Origin: Eukaryota sp. GEM-RC1
Taxonomy: Eukaryota
Assembly (NCBI GenBank): GCA_040285855.1
Contig: JAUFOQ010000001.1
Location: 1,860,001 to 1,924,000 of the forward strand
Length of the DNA: 64,000 nucleotides
Direction of reading: 5' to 3'
The first letter of the stretch is position 1. Each line of letters starts with the position of its first letter. A program made the position numbers and the translations under genes. The notes under the pieces were generated by a model. It made no database searches and had not been told where the DNA came from. It worked only from the letters and a program-made list of their open reading frames with translations. Below, one piece after another: positions 59,601 through 64,000 of this stretch.

Positions 59601-62600
59601 AACTTGTTCATCGCCAACATCACCAACATATGCAAAACCATTTTTATCGAAACCAAGTCTTCCATCTTTTTCTCCGTCATATTTAGTGGCAATTAATCCA
59701 GTAAAATCATTCGCTCCTAATGAATCTTCAGCACCCTCTCGCAAATATATATTTTTATTTACCACCTTTAAATCAGTTGTTGTGACATAATTAGTTGTTC
59801 CTTGAATATAGAAATTACCATTAACTGTTAAATCATTAGATATATTAACATTATTTGCAAACGATTGAGTTCCTGAAAATGTATTTGCTTTATTTAATTG
59901 AGGCAATTGGTTGAAATAAATTTCCAATGAACCTTTAGTTATTTTATTATTTTCAAAAGACTTGATCCAATCTTGAGGTGATTAAAATAAATATTTGAAG
60001 AATCCCAACTCATAATCATATTTGAATCATATTGTTTATAACGAACTAATTCAAATTTATTATCATTCATTATTGCAACAATATAAAAATCGGATAAAAT
60101 GATTGCTTGTTTAACATTGTTGTGTATTTTTGTTGATTCTCCATTTTTAAGAGAATATAGATTTCCCTCATTAGTATATAATAAAGTCCCATTATGATAT
60201 GATGAAGCAATACCATTAGTTATAAATGTTGATGCTCCATTATAATAATAAATTTCATTGTTTGTTGTATAATAAATTCCCTCAGATGCAGGAACTAATG
60301 GACCAATTTTTCCCACATTAAATATAACTTCATCATTTTTAATTACGTCATAGGTGTATTGATCAACATAGAAAAAGGCTGACAGAGTTGGATATAATCC
60401 ATCATAGATTTTAATAGGATTTGTAGAATCCAACAGTGATATCATATAAATTATATATTTTTGTCTACATATAATGTAAAATACATTGTTTCATTAATGT
60501 ATATAATACCATATATCAACTCACTAGTTTCCCAAATTATTTCATTCGAATTGCTTTTTGTTTGTAAATCAATGATCACTTTATATATTTTATGTTCATC
60601 ATGATAATAAAATGTTGAGTCAGATGCTCTTGTAATTAAATGTCCAGGAAGATCAAAATCTAATGGATATACCGGATATTCTGGATATGCTTTCTGAATT
60701 AATTCATTTTGATTTACATAATAAAAGTTATCACCATCACTATTTGGAAATAATAAATCGTGATTATGCGTTTGAATAATTTCATAATTTATTAAATCAT
60801 CTCCACGTTTAATTTCAGTTGGAGTTGTTAAGTAATAATTATTTCCAATTATATTCATTGATGTTATTGGTTGAGAAATTATAGTTCCCTCATGTTTTAA
60901 AATTCGATCTTCTCCATCAATTTCGAAATAATATAAGCCATCCTTATATGCAAGAGGAATATAAATAACTCCATATTTATGATTTAATATTTCTTGATTA
61001 TTTAAATTCAAAGTTCCTGTTAAATGATTAAAATAATATATATCAGTAGACGTTCGATGTAAAGGAAACACACCATCATATTCATTACCATTATGGTAAA
61101 CTTTTAATGATGAATCAGAATATGCAAGATTATCCATAAAAGATAATGACAAGGCATTTGTTGAAATTAGTTGTTCGTCCAATCTATATATACCATCAGA
61201 TCTATTAGAAATTACTTCACCATTATCTATTGTATATGGTGTATGGAAAATATTGATTAATGGTTTTTCCCAAATCGGATATATTTCCCTTTCGTGAATC
61301 TCACCAGAATCATATACAAAATATTTTTCATTAATTTTATTAAGGTACAATCCTGGAATGTGAAATTCTTTAATGATTCCATTATCATAATAATATATTA
61401 TGTTTTGATGAGAGAAATAAATTTTACCATCGATCAAATAAGGACATAAATAATCAGAATCCAAAATTTCTCCATTAATATTTATTTGGATTTTTTCTTG
61501 AATAATGTCATAAAACAAATATGCCCCATCAACCGATAATAAAATCAATATATCATTTAATTCAATTCCATTGATTATAGATTTAAATGAATCCTCTTTT
61601 TCTACCAAAAAATTTGTAGAATAAAATAAATTATTAGATATTGAATCATCATTCAAGAGATATGTTTTATATTTAACTTCATCATCTTCAATGTAATAAG
61701 TTGATACGTGAATTGATTCGTCAATAAAGAAATGATATATATTGTCGGTTTCTCTACTAAAAATTTCTACATTATTTTCATATAATTTATTATCATGAAT
61801 GTAATAGAATTTATCATTATATTTTATGATTTGATGATTCAAATTAATATATTTTTCAATAAATGTTTCCTCATAATTTTCAAATATATTATAGTCATGA
61901 TGACCTACTTCTGAATAAAATATTAAATTGAAACTTTCTATCAACATTTGTGAAGCTCCTCGTACCCAAGTTGAAAATTCTATTGTTCTTGTTTCAATTA
62001 TAACAGATAAATCATTTATATCATATTGTGTAATTATATAAGGTGCCCCATCATAAGCGTTTGTATTATTTATATAAAGATAATCATTAGTAATACTATA
62101 AGACCTCAATTTTGCAGAATATAATGAATCAATAGATAAAGGTGGTTCAAATAATAATGAAGAACTATTATCAAAATAATTTTTATTTAAGCGTTTAATC
62201 ACAACATATGAATTTTCTAAAGGAAATTCTGAATTAAGATAGGGATCATCATAATCATAAATATGATTAACAATACTAATAGAATCATGATTCAAATGAG
62301 AACGTGTGAATTTTTCTTTAAACTTTTCATTAGTAGATTTATTAACCCTATTTTTATTTGATGTAATGAATTCCATTTTAATTTTAGGATCATTTCCTTC
62401 ATACCAGAAATTTTCTATATTGCTAGGCATTGAAATATTAAAAACTTTATTTAATGATATAATAAATAAATACGTATCCATACGTTCTTCATTCCATTGA
62501 TCGTCTATATCAATATACTCATAATTTTTACCAATATATCCAACAATAAAATAATATGGTTTATCTAAATCTATTTGTATTATATGAGGCACAGTTTCCA

Positions 62601-64000
62601 AAAATACATCTTCATCTGTTTCTCTCAATGGAAGACTTACAGTAGAATTAAGTGTCACAGTATTGTTTTCATTTAAATTGTATATCCTAAATTGAACAGG
62701 ATCATTCCAAAAATTAGATATTCTCATTATCCACCCATTTCGAATCGTACTCAACGTACTATGTGAATTAATATATTCATCACTAAAATTAATAGGAATC
62801 CGAACTATTTCACGATTATTTATAATAAGTAAATCATCTTTATCCATAACTTTCCCATTATTTATATACACAGTATTTAAAGGTGCAGATACTGCATTAG
62901 AATGAGTATTTTGTTCAGCCTCTTGATATTCAGTATATAGAAAATTTGTAGAATCATAATTATAATTACCCACATTAATTGGTTCGGTTTCTGAGTTTTT
63001 TCTAACAATATCGTAATCAATATGATTTACCATATTCATTAATGTTCCAGTTTCATTTTCATTTGTTTCATGGGGAGTCCAATCACTTGGTTCTTCTGAA
63101 TGCTCTGGAAATGGTTCGTAGCTTGTTTCTATTGGTAGTTTGTGATTTGGTAAATCTTCTGGATCATAATCATCATCTCTAAATCTATACATTCCATAAT
63201 CAGTCAAAATGGTATTTGTTAATTTTATTTCTTCATCACCTTGTTGAAACAATTTTCTAAAATCAATCTTGTCATCGCCCATTTTAATTTGAGAGTCATT
63301 AATTTCAGTGTTGTTTATCTTTATTATTTCCGTCATCAATGAAGGTATTAATTGTGGTTCCTCAACTAATGAATTTACAAAGGTATTAGCATTTAAATTA
63401 TTTATTTTTTGCACGGTTAAATCATTGTTTTTAAATGTTAATTTAGAATCACCATTTTCCACCACAAATTCTTCAGTGTAATTTATTTTATCAGTTTTGA
63501 CTGATGGTATTGTTTGTTCTTCTAGCCATGTATTTGAATCTCTTAATAATTTAGCTCCACCAAAATCGTCAGCCGGAATACCATTAATTATCTCTGTAGT
63601 AATTTTGGTAGTTTGTATAGGTTTGTTAAATGTTATCTCTTCACCAAAAGTTATCAATAATTCAGATTCAAATGCTGGTCGATATATATAATTATTTCCC
63701 CTAGGTACAACAATTAACTTATCATGAGTAATTGCTTGATATGGTCCAATATTCCCATCCTCATTGGTTAATAAAATATTAATAAATTTTGCAAGATTAT
63801 TTTCAATCGTATACATTAATCTTCCATTTTGACTAAATAACGAAAAGTAATTTCTATAAACATGTCTTGGATTTGTCATGGCATTTAAATGCAAATCTAT
63901 ATTTATATCTGTACCAATTTTTCGTAAATAAACCTTACTATTAGAAAATACCCCATCTCTATTAGTTGAAATAATATAATAACCATTTTGTAAAGGTGCA
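56624..64000 (-). CDS. very large fibre/spike protein with C-terminal peptidase S74 intramolecular chaperone (5' end outside window; frameshifted)
   Basis: C-terminus SSIKYKTDIEDL...ILNLRPILY...GFIAEEV...VQYARLVVPLIALIK plus coiled coil; shaft motifs NTFSGTQSF and DLTVNGNFYIQGTTNYVTTTDLKVVNKNIYL; the frame is open to the window end. Confidence 0.85.

Noticed and set aside
2735..63691. Short antisense or overlapping ORFs in the track (e.g. 2735-2932, 8441-8827, 19107-19352, 24935-25237, 38978-39223, 57754-58107, 63497-63691)
   Set aside because: They are shadow frames opposite longer, motif-bearing genes and lack their own promoter motif.
1..64000. Alternative genetic code (stop-codon reassignment)
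   Set aside because: Coding resumes in a different frame after the breaks examined rather than reading through an in-frame stop, and TAA, TGA and TAG all appear to end genes.
56624..64000. Prophage or bacteriophage origin of the window, or a diversity-generating retroelement acting on the fibre
   Set aside because: Surrounding genes are eukaryotic-virus type (VETF-L, Skp1, RBR E3), and I saw no reverse transcriptase or adenine-specific TR/VR repeat pair.
1..64000. tRNA or rRNA genes
   Set aside because: Intergenic gaps are short and almost entirely AT; no cloverleaf or T-loop signatures seen by eye (tRNAscan-SE not run).

Overview
Very AT-rich, densely coding 64-kb segment that reads as part of a large eukaryotic dsDNA virus genome (Nucleocytoviricota), most resembling the asfarvirus/poxvirus branch. 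Most long genes are broken by frameshifts. Most junctions I re-translated are repaired by adding one base to a homopolymer run, which points to long-read consensus errors rather than decay, so gene extents below are stitched and approximate. Left and centre (2-38 kb) is a core block: a ~4,300-aa Gly-Gly-punctuated putative structural polyprotein (pp220-like), a divergent ~530-aa partner, family-B DNA polymerase with unusual catalytic motifs, VETF large subunit, deoxynucleoside kinase, WLM-type metalloprotease, RuvC-like resolvase, candidate major capsid protein, FEN1/XPG nuclease and FtsJ-type methyltransferase. Right (38-56 kb) is an accessory block: SIM/low-complexity protein, BCS1-like AAA ATPase, Thg1-like reverse polymerase, putative F-box/Skp1 fusion, nicotinamidase near a candidate permuted macrodomain ADP-ribosylhydrolase, C45 peptidase, RBR E3 ligase, Pol-beta-type nucleotidyltransferase and DUF4116-like repeat proteins. 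The window ends in a >2,400-aa phage-style fibre protein with a C-terminal S74 chaperone. Two promoter-like motifs and several tandem repeats are visible. No rRNA, tRNA, CRISPR array or transposon was recognised. All family calls come from motif recognition by eye; no database searches were run.
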